Part shown: piece by piece, positions 13,142 to 27,300 of the stretch
Layout of the letters: each line of letters begins with the position of its first letter
How positions within the stretch are numbered: the stretch's first letter is position 1
NCBI GenBank assembly: GCA_030704615.1
Contig: CM060731.1
Span: 72,850,001 to 72,914,000, forward strand
Reading direction: 5' to 3'
Length of the DNA stretch: 64,000 nt
Source: Takakia lepidozioides
Taxonomy: Eukaryota > Plantae > Bryophyta
The notes under the pieces: model-generated
Database searches by the model: none
Told to the model about the DNA's origin: nothing
Seen by the model: the letters and a program-made list of their open reading frames with translations, nothing else
Position numbers and translations under genes: made by a program

Positions 13142-14764
13142 ACACTAACCGGTGGATCCCTTGAAAATTGCACTAAAGATTCAAGATTGCACCAGTCCAA
13201 CTTCAAACTCGAAAAACCTACAGTAGGGGACCCACCATGCTGTCTCGGAAGGCGCTCGTCCAAGTCCGACAGATGGCAGGCAAAAAGCAAATTTAGTTGC
13301 GGTTCCAGTTGTGAGCTACCTCCTTGGTCATTTGATTCTCACTTCCTTTCTCTACTGCAAACAGCAGTTGCCCGAGATTGCAGGGAAGCGTGAGACTACA
13401 ATGGATCCTCTACTTTCCTTCTTTGGCTGTCTTGTGTCTTCCCTTTGCACAGCCCATCGTCATACTCTCACTCTATTCTGCTTGGATGATCAGATGCTCT
13501 TGGGTTCAAATCCTGCTTGCTTACTTGGCCTCTTTCTGCACCTTCCTTTTCTCCCCAGAAAAGCACAGTGCCCACATTTATCTTCCTGTTTACACTTGAG
13601 ACTCTCGAGTCATTGTCTCAAAGCAGGAGAACAATTGTTATGTTGAAGCTTGAATGACTGGGGAGGGCGGAAGATACAGGTGGGTTTGCTTGCCGAGATA
13701 TACTAATGTAGCGGGCGAGAGAGAGAGAGATGCAGACAGTAGTAGTCCTTGCGGAAAAATCACACAAGCAGAAGGTTCAATCATAATGGCCATTTCGAAC
13801 TTCCGAAGGAGGGACGTGAGAGGCTGCTAAAGATGACTACCAGAATAAGGGGTTGTGTGAGCTTAGGCAATGGGGTGGAGGCAGCGTGCTCCGGCGCTCT
13901 CTTGCGGTCGCACAGAGAGCCCATACCCAAGGATGTGTTTTTGCTGTGCTGTGAGCGGGCGGCTCACGTGGTCCAGCAGATTGACGGTGAGGTCTGTGGA
14001 GCAAGAATGGGCATCCACCTGGGCGATGTCATTGGCGACACCTTTACAAGTGATGGAGATGACTCCGCTGCAGCCTCTCCAGGGCAACCGAAGAAAGGTA
14101 TAAACCTGTTACTCTTCACCTATTTTGTGTGTATCTTTCAACTGTGTGCGTCGGAACGATCCATTCTTAAAATTGTGTCGTTTGTCCATTACAGTCAAAA
14201 CTACTACCAAGTTGATCGAAGAAGTTGACTTTATATATACAATGACGTTGAGGAACGTGGGTGGAATCGACACCCTTGCTCGCCTTGGATGAGGTCCTAT
14301 AGTATACATCGAATCTTGTATTTCTTCTCTCGACAGTTATCGCATGAGAGGAAGAGATTGTACTCATAAGACGTTGTTTGCCGTAGCCTTGTGGCCATTG
14401 AGAGGAAGAGAGAGAGAAATTGACATGTCTAGTTACCAGAGGCACATGTTGTAGTCCCTCTGAAGCAGTGCAGAGCTTCAATTGTTAGACACATTGAAGG
14501 ATGGTAAGGGGAGATAGATGTAGTGGTTGACCGTTCCCTGTAAATGCGACAGTGGCTGGAAAGGGTCCCAGAGCCAGAGTTTGTACCCGAGAACTCAGTG
14601 TTGATTCTGACACTGCGACTTTAGCCCCAAATCTGGCACATAATTGGCCTCTGATACTGCTAGTCTGGAGTTGAGTTTCAGAGTTGAGTTTGACATTGGG
14701 TTGGGGCAGTCAGAAGGTGGTTAAGTATCCATAATTCTTGCAGTTCTTGCTTCCAGGTCAAGCA

Positions 14765-17116
14765 ATGAGCAAAAAACTGCTGTGGCAGGAGTTCTTCTCA
14801 GATCCTTCACAGTGGTGGGACAACCGGTTTGATAAGGTGAGGTTATTTTCACTCCTGATGTGAAGTCAAGGAGGGTTTGTTACTGAAGCTGGAATTGGGA
14901 TGTATGAAGGTCATTCCCTGTAAATTGAAAAATGCTTGGAGCTTTGAGGTTCTAGCGTGGTCTGTGCAAGGCCGCAGTTAAAGGTTTGGCTGCTCACTGG
15001 TGGTTTTCACAGAAAAGTCAAAGATCTCCAGACTTCAGACATAAGCGCACAAACAAAGTCCTTTGGATTGAGGGCTGGTCAAACCCACATTGGGTTAAAA
15101 CAAAGCTATCTGCCATAATACAAGGTCCAGCACAATCTGATGCCAGTGAACAACATGGAGCTCCAGTCGGAGACAGGTAATGTTTGATAGTGAGTTTGGG
15201 GTTTCAACTCAAACACATACAATCAGTACAGATTTTTGTGTCATTGTACGTGAGTTTAGTGTTAATGTTTTGTAACTAAGAGTTTTTAGTTATTCAGGAT
15301 TGCAGGGTTGAATCTGGCTCCATCATTTGAGTCAAGCTCCTCCACCATGACTATGGATTCTGAAAGAGGAGCAAGTGAGGTCAGCAAGTACTTGTCTGGA
15401 ACTCTTGGGGACGTGAAGACACTATGTAAGCAAGGACAACTCAAAGAGGCCCTACACATTTTGGACCAAAGAGGCATTTCATTGGACTCCAATACTTACG
15501 TCTTCCTCTTGCAGGAGTGCATCAAAACTAAAGACCTGGAAATGGGAAAGCAGGTGCACTCCCACATTATCCAAAGTGGATTCAAGCCAAACATATTTTT
15601 ATTCAATATCCTTCTTAACATGTATAACAAGGGTGGGAGAGTGGTAGAGGCCCGCCAAGTGTTTGACAAAATGCCTGAACAAGATTTGTTCACATGGAAT
15701 ATAATGATAGCAGCATATGCCAAGCATGGGTGTGGTAGGGAGGCTTTTGAGATCTATGAGCAGATGATACATGAAGGGCAGATGCCAAACAGGGTAACGT
15801 TCACAAGTGTTCTCAATGCATGTGCAAGCCTAGGAGCCCTGGAAAAAGGCAAAGAGGTCCATGCTAACATTATTAAAGCCGGAATTGCACCAGATATCAT
15901 TCTGGGGACTGCCCTTAGCGATATGTATGCCAAATGTGGGAGCGTAAAGGATGCACGTCAGGTGTTCGACAGAATGGCTAAACGTGATTTGGTCTCCTGG
16001 AATGCCATGATTGCAGGATATGCTCAGAATGGATGTGGAAAGGGGGCTTTCGAGATCTACGAGCAAATGATAGTCGAAGGGGTCACTCCCAACAAGGTGA
16101 CATTCATTTGCATCCTGGATGCATGTGGCAGCCTATCAGCCCTGGAAAAGGGCAAAGAGGTTCATGCTGACATCATCAAATCTGGAATTGAACCAGATAT
16201 CATCCTGGAGACTGCACTTATTGAAATGTATGCCGAATGCCGAAGTATGAAGGATGCACATCAAGTGTTTGAAAAGATGACTCGACAAGATGTGGTCTCA
16301 TGGAGTGCAATGATAGCAGGATATGCTCAGCATGGATGTGGTAGGGAGGCTTTGGAGGTGTATGAGCAAATGCAACGGGAAGAGGTGACACCTGATAGGA
16401 TCACATTCATTTGTGTTCTCAATGCATGTGCCAGCCTGGCAGCCCTTGAAAAGGGCAAAGAGGTTCATACTGAGATTACCAAGGCTGGAATTGCGCCAGA
16501 TATCATTCTCGAGACTGCACTTACTAACATGTATGCCAAATGTGGGTGTGTAAAAGATGCACGTCAAGTGTTTAACAGTATGCCTCAACGAAGTGTGGTC
16601 TCATGGAATGCAATGATTGCAGGTTATGCTCAACATGGGTTTGGTAGGGAGGCTGTTGAACTATTTGAGCAAATGCAACAGGAAGGCTTGAAGCCAGACA
16701 GTATCACATATATATGTCTTCTCTCAGGATGCACTCGTGCCGGCCTAGTGGATGAAGGCCGTCACTACTTCAATTCCATGAGTCGGGATCATGGCCTCAC
16801 TCCTACAGTGGAGCATTGTAGCTGCATGGTGGACCTTCTTGGGCGTGTAGGGCATTTTAATGAGGCAGAGGAGTTCATCAACAAAATGCCAACCCAACCA
16901 GGTGTGGAGGTGTGGGGGGCCTTGCTTGGTGCCTGCAGAATTCATGGCAATGTGGAGCTAGCAGAACGTGCAGCAGAATGTGTTCTCAAGTTGGATCCAG
17001 AGGACATTGGAACTTATGTGCTTCTATCCAACATTTATGCTGCAGCAGGCAGGTGGGACGATCAAGGAAAGGTGAGAAAAGTGATGGTGGGCAGAGGGTG
17101 CATACATTCATCATAG
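14765..17116 (+). CDS. PLS-class pentatricopeptide repeat protein with N-terminal OSB-type PDF motif and E domain; true start may lie in upstream exons (~13830)
   Basis: Exons 14765-14836, 15013-15176 and 15298-17116 join in frame at GT-AG sites. They give LWQEFFSDPSQWWDNRFDK|KSQRSPDFRHKRTNKVLWIEGWSNPHWV, then about four P-L-S triplets (SWNAMIAGYAQ.G / TFICVLNACASLAALEKGKEVH / TAL..MYAKCGSVKDARQVF) and an E domain (WGALLGACRIHGNVELAE...YVLLSNIYAAAGRWD). Confidence 0.9.
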
Positions 17117-17426
17117 AAGATGAATTGCATCCCAGTTTAGAGAAATCCATGCTGAGCTGAAGTGATGTGTTGGCAGATGAAGGAGGTCAGGTACATTCCA
17201 GGCGTGCACTTTCTATTGCATGATATGAAGGATGAAAAGCAGTTTTGTGTGTCCAGTCACCACAGTGAGAGACAGGCCATTGCTTTAGGCTCATCAGCAT
17301 GCCCTCAAGATACCTATTCAGGGCCACAAAGTTCATCTCAAAGATTGCTGGACGCTCAGCTGTGGCGATCGCAACCCGTTTTACTACTGCCAAAACGGGA
17401 TTCGGTCTTGTGGGAATCTCTGGTGA
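17085..17426 (+). pseudogene. Decayed DYW deaminase domain downstream of the PPR ORF
   Basis: Out-of-frame pieces RVHTFIIEDELHP, QMKEVRYIPGVHFLLHD...SHHSERQAIA, ATKFISKIAGR and NGIRSCGNLW* (stop 17424-17426). The PG box and the KNLRVCxDCH zinc-ligand segment are missing. Confidence 0.8.
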
Positions 17427-17873
17427 AACATGCGACATGTGTGGTTAGGTGACACAATGAAGAACATAAAACAATATCCAGACCTAAAGATGCTAAACAA
17501 GCTTGTGCATGACAAGGCTGCCGCCTAATAAGGGTAAGGGAATCATGCTCACTTTCATTTCAAGGTTTGGAGGAGCCCTTCCATCCACACCAGAATCTGA
17601 ATCACACTTTGATATGTCTCCACCATTTCTAGACTGTTCTTGACCGAATGTAACCAGGGATTTTGTCTTCATTGAGGCGCGTACACATGTGAACCAGCAG
17701 AAGGAGCTGTATATCGAGGGACTTGACACGACACAATGGCAGGATATTCAGTACAGTCTAGGTCTGGGTGGAAGATAGAGCTCTAAGGCACCAGGAAGAG
17801 TGATCTCATTTTCTGGATCGGTACTCCAGTTCAAGGGATAGAGCCAGCATCTGGAAGCAAACTTGGATCTCCG

Positions 17874-19895
17874 ATGAACTTGAGAGGGATAGTGGAAAAT
17901 ATGGAAACATATGCATCAGGCCTGCAAGGAAGCGTTCGGTGGGCTCAACAACAACTTGGGCTACCTCTATCGATAGGCGTCCTTGTTACCATTGCAGTGT
18001 ACGGTTATCTCTTCCTAAGAAAACACACTCGCATGCCTCCAGGGCCACGCCCATGGCCTGTCTTGGGAAACTTACCCGTGTTGGGTGATCTTCCGCACCA
18101 GGCATTGGCACACCTGGCTAAGAAATATGGGCCTCTGATGTACCTGCGCCTTGGATCATCCGACACTGTTGTAGCGTCGACTCCAGAAATGGCAAAACAG
18201 TTTCTCAGGACTCATGATCAAGCGTTTGCCTATATCGTCCAAAGACTTTGGCTTCATATATATTTTCCTTAAACCACCAAGACATTGGGTTTCCTTCAGG
18301 TTCTTATTGGCGTCATTTACACAAGATCTGCCTGGTTGAGCTCTTCTCTCAGAAATGTCTAGACTCGTTTCGATCTGCAAGGACGGAGGAGATAACTGCC
18401 ACATTGAAGGCCATCCTTGAGAAGTCACGGAAGGAAAAGGTGGTAGACCTCAACCTCAAGTTGTCGTCGTTGGCTACTAACAACATTACTCGCATGCTGA
18501 TCAACAAAAGGTGATGTATGAGCTAAGCCGTTTGATTTTCTGTTGAATGGAGAAAATGAGGACGTCTATAGTTCTTTGAACATTGTACATATTTTCACAT
18601 CCATGGAAAACCTGGTACTTCCTATAAGCTTATCATGGACTTGCAACAGTTTAGGCAACGTGAATAAGATCATATCCTTCAGGACTGTCATCGACGCTTA
18701 CTATTGAATTGCCATTTTCACCTATCTCAGGTTCTGCGGAATTGATGTGGAAAGCCAGTCTAAAGAAGCGCAGCAGTTTAACGGACTTGTTGACAAACTA
18801 TCGCATTTTCTTGGGTCGTTCATTGTTGGTGACTACGTCCCGTATTTATCGTGGGTGTCGAAGCTGCAAGGTATCGAGGGGAGTATGAGGGAGACGCAGG
18901 TCGCACTGCACAGTCTTTTTCGGCAGTGGATTGACGAGCACAGAAAGGCTGCATCAGTGGAAAAAGGGAATAGGGATACACCAAAAGACTTTGTCGATGT
19001 GTTGCTCACCATGCCTACAGAAGATGGAACTGGTCATCTCTCCGATGAAACCATACAATCTGTGATCCTGGTAAGTTTTATTTTGAACTTAAGTAATCCA
19101 CTAACCACTTTATGGTCACTTGAGCTATCATCATCGACAGCTCGTCCGGAATAAGTTGTATGTTGTATTGAAGTTCTAGCTATGTTAAATGCAAGATTCC
19201 CAAAAATTCTGGCTTCAGGTAGAGAGCTAGCTTTGAGGTCAAAAAATCTTATGTTCACGTGTTGCAGGACATGTTGACTGCTGGAGCAGACACATTGGTC
19301 ACAACAGAATGGGTAATGGCCGAGCTTTTTCGCAACCCTCATATTATGAGACGCGTACAAGCTGAACTAGATGCTGTGGTTGGAACAACTCGGCTTGTCC
19401 AGGAATCAGACCTCCCAAATCTCGAGTACCTACAAGCTGTAATAAAAGAGAACTACCGCCTTCACCCCTCCAGTCCATTCCTGATTCCCCACGAGTCTCG
19501 TGAGACATGCGAAGTTGCTGGTTATATTCTGCCAGCCAAAACCCGTCTGATTGTCAATCAATGGGCAATAGGCTGGGATCCTTCTAGCTGGGAAAGACCT
19601 CTTGAGTTTGATCCAGAAAGATTCATGGAGCATCCTGAGATTGATGTGAAAGGCCAGCACTTCCATCTTTTGGTTTTTGGAACCGGGAGAAGGGGATGCC
19701 CGGGAATACCGCTGGCAGTTGTCATGGTTGAGTTAATGCTTGCTCGCCTTCTTCAGAGCTTTGACTGGGGGTCTTCCAAATGGGCAGGACCCCACCACTT
19801 TGGACATGTCAGAGGAATTCGGACTATCACTTCCCAGAGCAAAACCATTGCATGTTGTGGCACACCAAAGGTTGCCTGCCCATTTGTATGAGTGA
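17874..19895 (+). pseudogene. Cytochrome P450, CYP71 clan, 3 exons, two frameshifts
   Basis: TM anchor, PPGPRPWPVLGNL hinge, I-helix AGADT, ExxR (ENYR), PERF and heme motif FGTGRRGCPG. Introns ~18511-18730 and ~19070-19267. A 2-bp insertion lies at ~18231 (paralog reads GCCTATCGTCCAAAG = AYRPK) and an extra G at ~19770; the corrected end is LDMSEEFGLSLPRAKPL...LYE*. Confidence 0.85.
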
Positions 19896-21651
19896 AGGTT
19901 TACAAGTTGTTGCCAGAGAAACCTGCAGGATGGCTTGCATTTAGTTCGACATACTCAACCCCATGATTCTGGCTGTACTTCTGCAGCAGATTTTTTACAG
20001 ATATTTCCGAGACATTTTCCTAGAGAGTCCCTGTAGAACTTGCAAACTTAAACTTCGGTCTGCAACTTCTCTTTTTCACAGGAGTAAATTGTGCGCATGG
20101 GTTCGCACCCGTGTTTATCCTCTCCCCCCCACTTGTACGGAAACTGTAGAGGAAGAGGAATCATGTTGAGAATCTGGTTTCACAACCTTCATTAGTATCA
20201 TGTAAACTTGTGATTCCTTCTGTAGATCTGTAGTTATGAGGGCTGTGAATTTGTGATTTTTTCCTTACCTCACCCTCTCTAATTGTTAAAATGTTAACTC
20301 TCTCTTTAACAGTTGCTTTTTCTTTGCTCCCTGGGGTTAAGTTCTAATTTTCAGGGTTGACTGTAACACCACAATCAACCATGGTATCCTGAGCCACTTT
20401 ACACTGTACCTCATCAAAAGCAATACCAGACTTTGTCAACAGCTCAGACAGAGAAAACAGTACCATGTGGGTTTGTATCCTGTTATAACTGCCCTTTTGC
20501 TGCCTCTTAGACTGGGCTTCTTTCTGTTTCCTTGCACGCTGCTACCTAAACGTAACACCCCAGTGTGACCTAACAGCTATGATAGTTGGATTCTTTCCAT
20601 GGCTTGCCACTTGAGTGAGACACAACAAACAGCAAGTTGGGCATGCTAAATCGGCTGTTGATGTGTTAACATGGCTTCCGATTTTGTTCTATATTGAATT
20701 GACAAGCTTAGGTTCAAATAGAATCCTCGATCAGAGATTTCTCGGACTACCTTAGTTTTGGATATTGATGCCGTTGTGCGCATGAGGTTCTCCTTTGTAC
20801 CAGCGGACTGGTCGAAATAGTTACATATCAAACATACTGGAATCTCATTAGTCTCAGTGGTATGGGGTTAACTTCGATCTACACAGGTTGGGGATTTTGA
20901 TTTTTGTATTAGCGACATTAACCAAGCATATCTGTCTTTTGTAAATAGATCAGACTAAAGTGCTTGGATCGTTTTGGCGAACGTTGTAAATATCAACCCA
21001 GTTTAAGGAAAGCTTTAAGGCTGTGTGCCACCCACGTGATTCTGGGCTCGCCTCGGAGTGCTACCTCGTTTGGGTGGTATTCTATTCTCCCCCTTGCAGC
21101 CTTGTGATTTGTGAGCGGCCCGTCGCTCCTATGTGATATTCCCTTTCTTACAAACAAGAAAAAAAGAAAAAAGATATGGGCCCGAAGACAAGCAAGTAGT
21201 TGGTGGTGCAGGGGTGGCAGCGGCAACAAGTCACGAGGGACATCTTAATGTCCGCGCGTCCTTTTGCTTGGAAAGTTGAGTCAATTCGACGTGTGTTGAA
21301 ACTTGAAACGTTGGTTCGAATGTTGAATGTCGAGCAACGTTGGAATGTCTCGAATGTTGAATGAGTGTCGAGCAACGTTGCAATGCTCGTGAAGCCCTTC
21401 AGCTTTGCTGGTCAGGCGGGAGGTGACATGATTTCCTGTACATTCCAATTTCTTTTCTTTTCGGGAAGCTTATCTTTTAATCTCAGCCGTCGATTATCCA
21501 TAGAGCCATCTAGATCAGCCGTCTACAGCGGACGGGGAGTTCGAGTCATAGGGCTGGGGCTACTAGAGAATGTTGAATGTTGAAGAGACGTTGAAATGTT
21601 GGTGTGTTGCTTCGAATGGCGGGGTCGGCGTATGCAATATGTGAGGCGGTA

Positions 21652-22187
21652 GAAGGAGCTATATATCGAGGGACTTAATTGACACGATACAATGGCAGGG
21701 TATTCAATAGAGGTCTGGGTGGAAGGTAGAGCTCTAAGGCGCCAGGAAGAGTGTTCTCATAATCGGTACTCCAGTTCAAGGGATAGAGCCAGCATCTGGA
21801 AGCAAACTTGGATATCCGATGATCTTGAGAGGGACAGTAGAAAATATGGAAACGTCAGGCCTCCAAGGACTCGGTCGGTGGGCTCAACAACAACTTGGGC
21901 TACCTCTATCGATAGGAATCCTGTCGCCGTTGCAGTTTACGGTTATCTCTTCCTAAGAAATTCCACTCGCTTGCCTCCAGGGCCACGCCCATGGCCTGTC
22001 TTTGGCAACCTACCCGTGTTGCGTGATCTTTCGCACCAGGCATTTCCACGTCTGGCTAAGAAATATGGGCCTCTGATGTACCTGCGCCTTGGATCATCCG
22101 ATACTGTTGTACATAGCGTCGAATCCAGAGATGATTAAACAGTTTTTCAGGATTCAATATGAAGCGTTTGCCTATCGTCCAAAGACA
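21652..22187 (+). pseudogene. Truncated duplicate of the P450 5' UTR and first exon
   Basis: High nucleotide identity to 17700-18246 (AGAAGGAGCT.TATATCGAGGGACTT... through GCGTTTGCCTAT(AT)CGTCCAAAGAC). Encodes LPPGPRPWPVFGNLP..., is frameshifted and ends abruptly. Confidence 0.9.
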
Positions 22188-24350
22188 CAGGGAAGATAGG
22201 AACGATTGCCGGTAATATAATGGTAAATCTCCGGACCTAACAATGTTTGAGGCAGCTGGGGATGCACAGCAGACGGCTCAAGATTTCTGACTCTGACAAA
22301 ATAGATGCATGACTCTTGGAGAAGGAAACCCATCTGCCAGCTGCTTTCTTCGATTTTGAAGAAAACGGTAGGACTGGGAGCTGGATCCCGTTTGCCCTTG
22401 ACTATTTTGAGAGTTCTAAGTGAGTTCTAAGTGTATAATTAATGTGGAGCATAAGACTTCAAGCACGTATTGCTGTCCTAAAAATCGAGTAGAAAATCCC
22501 GTTGCCCCCAGTTGCATCGACAGGTAGCTGCACCAGTGTCAATAATCTGCTGAAGTTTGTGACAGGTTATTAAAGTTGTATGTAATTGATATAAGCAAGC
22601 TTCATTGATTACGAGAAAGTCCAGACAGCTATCTCTACCCACTCACCGATACGGCCCAGCTCAGGTTTGGTTCAATCAGCTAACCAGGCCTGCAATTTGC
22701 CCTTGCCATCAAGACCAGCAGACCAAATGGAGAAAACAACAAGAGAAAATTTGACGAGTTTCCATGGGTGTTCTGACCAGCCAGTTGGAATTGAAATGCT
22801 CCCTTAAACTTACAGACTCTAATCATTCCAAGGCTGGATATGCTCCACAGGAAAAACTTAAGTGAACCGAACGGCTCTGTACTGTATAATTCACGTATAA
22901 CTGCTGATTCGCTCGCACAAGCTCCCTGTTTCTTCATCATGTTCAAAAAGTAGCATTGTTTCAGACCTATATATTGCTCATGATCAATGCAAAGGATGTC
23001 AAGTGGCAATTGGAGCTGCAAAGCAAGCAGCCATTAGCACCTTCATTAGATATATAGCACAGAATCAGCAAAGACTATGCAGTAGAGGTGAGGTCGCACC
23101 TACAATCCTCCATGCTTAGTTAGTCAAAATGTAGACATAAAATTATCACCTCATTCGGATTTCCAAGATGCCCAATCCGTTCGAAACACTTTCTCCGCAA
23201 CTTTGCTTATAACGCCAACTCCAAGGAACTTCTTAATCCACGCAAGCTTCACAACGTCTGCGCCGGGTCTGCTATCGTGACAAGGTGCGCCTCATCACGG
23301 CCAGCACAAGTTCTCGTCAATCAAGCTGCCGCTAGAATAAAATAATTGGGATACCTTCTATTTCGAAAAAGTAATTCCCGGCTATATTTCACAGCCGTTG
23401 GATAGATTCAGTAAGCATTTTTAGTCGTTCGATCGAAAGATCCAATCCTCACAGTTAACCTGCCAGAATCAGCCACTGGATTAGGTGTAATAATAAGGTG
23501 GCATATAGCGATGGATCAGCTAGAGAGGCACCGGATTAGGTGAGGAAAGAGGGTGGCAAATAGTGAAAAGGTCTGGTCAGTTTCAAGGCAGCCATAGCCA
23601 GAGGTTTCAAGGTGCTGTAGATCTTTGTTGTGTTGCTTATTTCTTGGAATCATTGTCAGTCTCTTGAGATCACTTTGGAAACTCTCGACCATGTCCAGAA
23701 CTTCGAAAAGATGAGAAGAAATATTTCCAATCCACAATCTTGTCTGTCATTGTAAGTTTTAATCGAGGGATCCTGGTCAATTGCTGGTTTCTCCTGCGTG
23801 AATAAAATTCCAGGCATGCTCTGGCAGCAAGCTTCAGGGAGACTTAGATTCGAGTGTTTTACGTTGATTTTCGGTTCAGAACTGTGTGTCTGTTCAAGTC
23901 TTTGATTCCACGTAGTGTATCAAATAACAACTGGTTATAGCGCCTTGGGGACTTCCTGCTCGAATTTGTAAGAAACTCACTTCTCGAATTTGCATTGTAC
24001 ATTTAAGATTCATGCAAACCAAGTCTCAGGTTTCTCCATCGGAAGATAATCATCCTGTCTTTCGGTTGACAGTTCGGCTCTCTGTGATTGCAACCTCACC
24101 GCAAGCCAGCTCCTGAATCTTGTTGTGGAAACTGAATAGAAATAACATCTGTGATTACGTCCGAAGATTGGGAAACTGTCTTCATGGGATCTTCCTTCCT
24201 GCGGAAATTCTATCCAACAGCAGGTGGAGGTACAAGTATGTTAGGTGGATCATAAGCGTGTTTTGGATAATAAACTTACTCGGCATGAGCACTCACTTCA
24301 TCGAAACGCAAGCCTCCTCTCTCCTGAAGCAAGGACCGTCAAGAAGTCTC

Positions 24351-27300
24351 ATGCCAAGAATGGAGGTTTTTTCGCTTCAAGCCCTCAATGCTTCTCATTT
24401 CTGTCGTCTGCATTCACAGTTTTATTCCTTGCCTTATTCTGTCACTCTTCGACCCTGCAGCCCTAGCGCTATTTCGTCTCTCCAACACCTTCATTCTAGA
24501 AGCCTCTTTTCTCCTAGGTCCTCGATGTCAGTAACGGGTCATCCTCTCACATTAGCACGTGCAAGTTCCTCATCAGCACTCAATCTTCCGAACATGCCTC
24601 ATGGGGAGACATTTAATCGAAAGGATACTGGGAAAGGGATCCACCGGCGCCGTACATTGTGCTTAGCAGATCGGGAGTCTGCCTCTGTTGAAAAAACTGA
24701 AGCAGGAGTCACTTCAGTGAATTCGGAGTTTGAACTCAAAGATGGATGGCAATGGAACAAGACAGGCCAAGAGCTGGTACTCTTCCCTTTCCAAAACTAG
24801 AGTCATAGGAGATTGTTTCCTAGGGTTTTAGGGGGACTAAAAAAGTGGGGCTCTGTAACCATTGACTAAATAGATGGATGCACCCAGTTGAGGCTTTCCT
24901 TGGTGGACTGTTGCATAAGAGTGTTTTCCAATGAACTGAGACAATAGGGATGCCAAGTTCAGCAACTGTTCATAGAAGTACAGATCAAGTTCCAGTGAGA
25001 GATAGTTAAATTAACTTGGCAACTGGAGCAATGCTCAACAGGTGCTCATTTTCTGAAACTCAGAACACTTCACAGATGCTGATACCCGACAACTTCTTTC
25101 CACTTGTGTAGAGACCACATGCAAATTTTAGCTTGTAATTCTCGGCCCTGCATTTTAAATTACCCAAAAATGCAGGGTACACTGCCAACGTCTTCGGGCT
25201 AGCATTGCTAGCTGATGTCAATTTCTCAAGGGCCTTGGAGAATTTGGAGAAGTATACTCTCTTTTTTCTCTCTCTCACACGGGAGGCCCAACGGACAAAA
25301 CAGACACAGACCCAAAGAACTATGTGCTTTGTCTATTTGTTGTCTCTCTCCCTCTTCACAGGGGCCTGTCCGCCCTTCCTTCCCCTAGTCATGCACATGG
25401 ATGTTGAGTAGGTCTATTGGCTTGAATGATTGGGTGGCAGTTAGCCTACACATTACTCCTGGCGGCGGTGCCGATAGTGCCAGTGCTGCCTCGCTTCCAA
25501 TGGTCGGGTGCATTTTACTTTCTCTTTCTGGCTCTGTGGTCTGTCTACGTTGGAAGTCATCGCAGGTATATTCATTCTGCGGCATTTCTCTTTCTGGTTC
25601 TTAGTTTTGGTTTTGTTAGAAATTGGTGAGATAAACCCTTACGGTCCATAAAACAAGGAATGGAAGCAAACTGTCTCACTATGTGCGGTCGTCTCTCTCT
25701 CTACACACAGACACACAGATATATCTGATGTCTGTAATCTGTGTTATGCTGAAAATGTACCACTATGCTCCCAAACAACATATATCAGTTCACAAATTGA
25801 TTCAGCACCCTGGGTTTCGCAGCAAACCCTTCCAGCCAAAACCGCTCTGCTCTTTCAATGTTCATATTCTGGATCTTCCGTGTGCAGTGACACACCTGAA
25901 GAATTACATAGTGTGAGGTTTTCAATTTTATCTATGAGATGCCAAAGCTCCTGATAAGATCCCCAGCTGTGCATAATTTGTAACGCCAATTCTGGTTTAA
26001 AGACTTGGCTTGAGGTGAGATAACTACTTGATTAAGATGGCTCATTTGGAAAGATAAATGTCATTCCAATCTGTGAGAAACTTGTGGTACCTGCAGTTTG
26101 GGGATGAAACCACCGCAGAAAGTGACATTCCAGCAGGGGCTTGCGGTGCCCTTGTTCTGCTCAGCTTCTCTATTTGGCTTCTACTGCTTGCTGCGCTTTT
26201 TTCCAGACCTTGACCTCCGAACATTCATAAGTGCCTACTTAGGCGTCGCTGGAGCGGTGGCTGTGGCCAGCAATTTAGTGCAGCCGTTGCGTCTCCTCCT
26301 TCCCAAATCTGGCAACCTGGCATGGCAAATTGGTAAGGCAGTGATACAAATATTATAGATGGATCTTTCTCTTTCAATATGACATGTCAACCCTTTATTT
26401 TCATAATAAAAGCCTATTTTCTGAGATTTTAATTGAGTAACTGCTGGATGCTAGTGCATTTTCATTATGCAGACTCTGGTTTCAGCAGTTGTGGTAGCTG
26501 GCAAGCACCCAATGGATTTTTTTCGTCTGTTTAGTTATAAGACTGGCAAAATACTGCTGGCCAAAACCCCTGCCTCGGTTGATGTTTCTGACCCCTATAC
26601 ATCTTTGTATTTCTATTTTTAACCCAATTTGGTTGGCAGTTTCTTACTAACAAAGCTCATGACTTGTGTTGCAGACTTTCCAAGGTGGCTGGTTGAAAAT
26701 GAGGGGAGGACAGTTCATCTGACAGTTACTCCAGCTGAAACTTTAGCAGCTCTTTGTGCGTGTTAAACTCTTCATGCTCCACACTTCTTTGGTGGTTGCC
26801 TCATGGGCAGCTGGTTTGTATCGTTTGGTTGCTATAACTATGCCACAGATGAGGGAACCTGTGGACTGTGGTCTTAAAATCAGCTGACTTGGTGTATTTA
26901 ATTGTACTTACGTGGGACTTTGGCTGTAACTTGAGCAGTTGGTATTGGGGCAGCCATAGCAAGTAAACAGTCAGGGGCACCATTCACTCTCAACAATTTC
27001 ATAGCCGTGTGCATTGTCACTGAACTCTTGCAACTACTCTCTCTTGGCAGGTACTCCACACTGCCATATTTTAGACTCTGCTTCAATCTCCTTGCATGTG
27101 AGCCTCATGGTGTCAATAGTACAGTCTACTGCAATGGCTATCTCTCAGGTCTGACATGTAAACTGAAATAAGTCATTGCACTTGGACCAACTGAACTCAT
27201 TTGGGTGATGTGTGATGGAGTGGGTGCAGTTTTGCAACAGCTGCAGCCATGCTGTGTGGACTGCTGCTATATGATGTGTTTTGGGTCTTTGGGTCATCAC

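Noticed and set aside
21290-21400. Short repeats (TCGAATGTTGAATG / GTCGAGCAACGTTG)
   Set aside because: Only two or three degenerate units with no supporting structure; likely TE debris.
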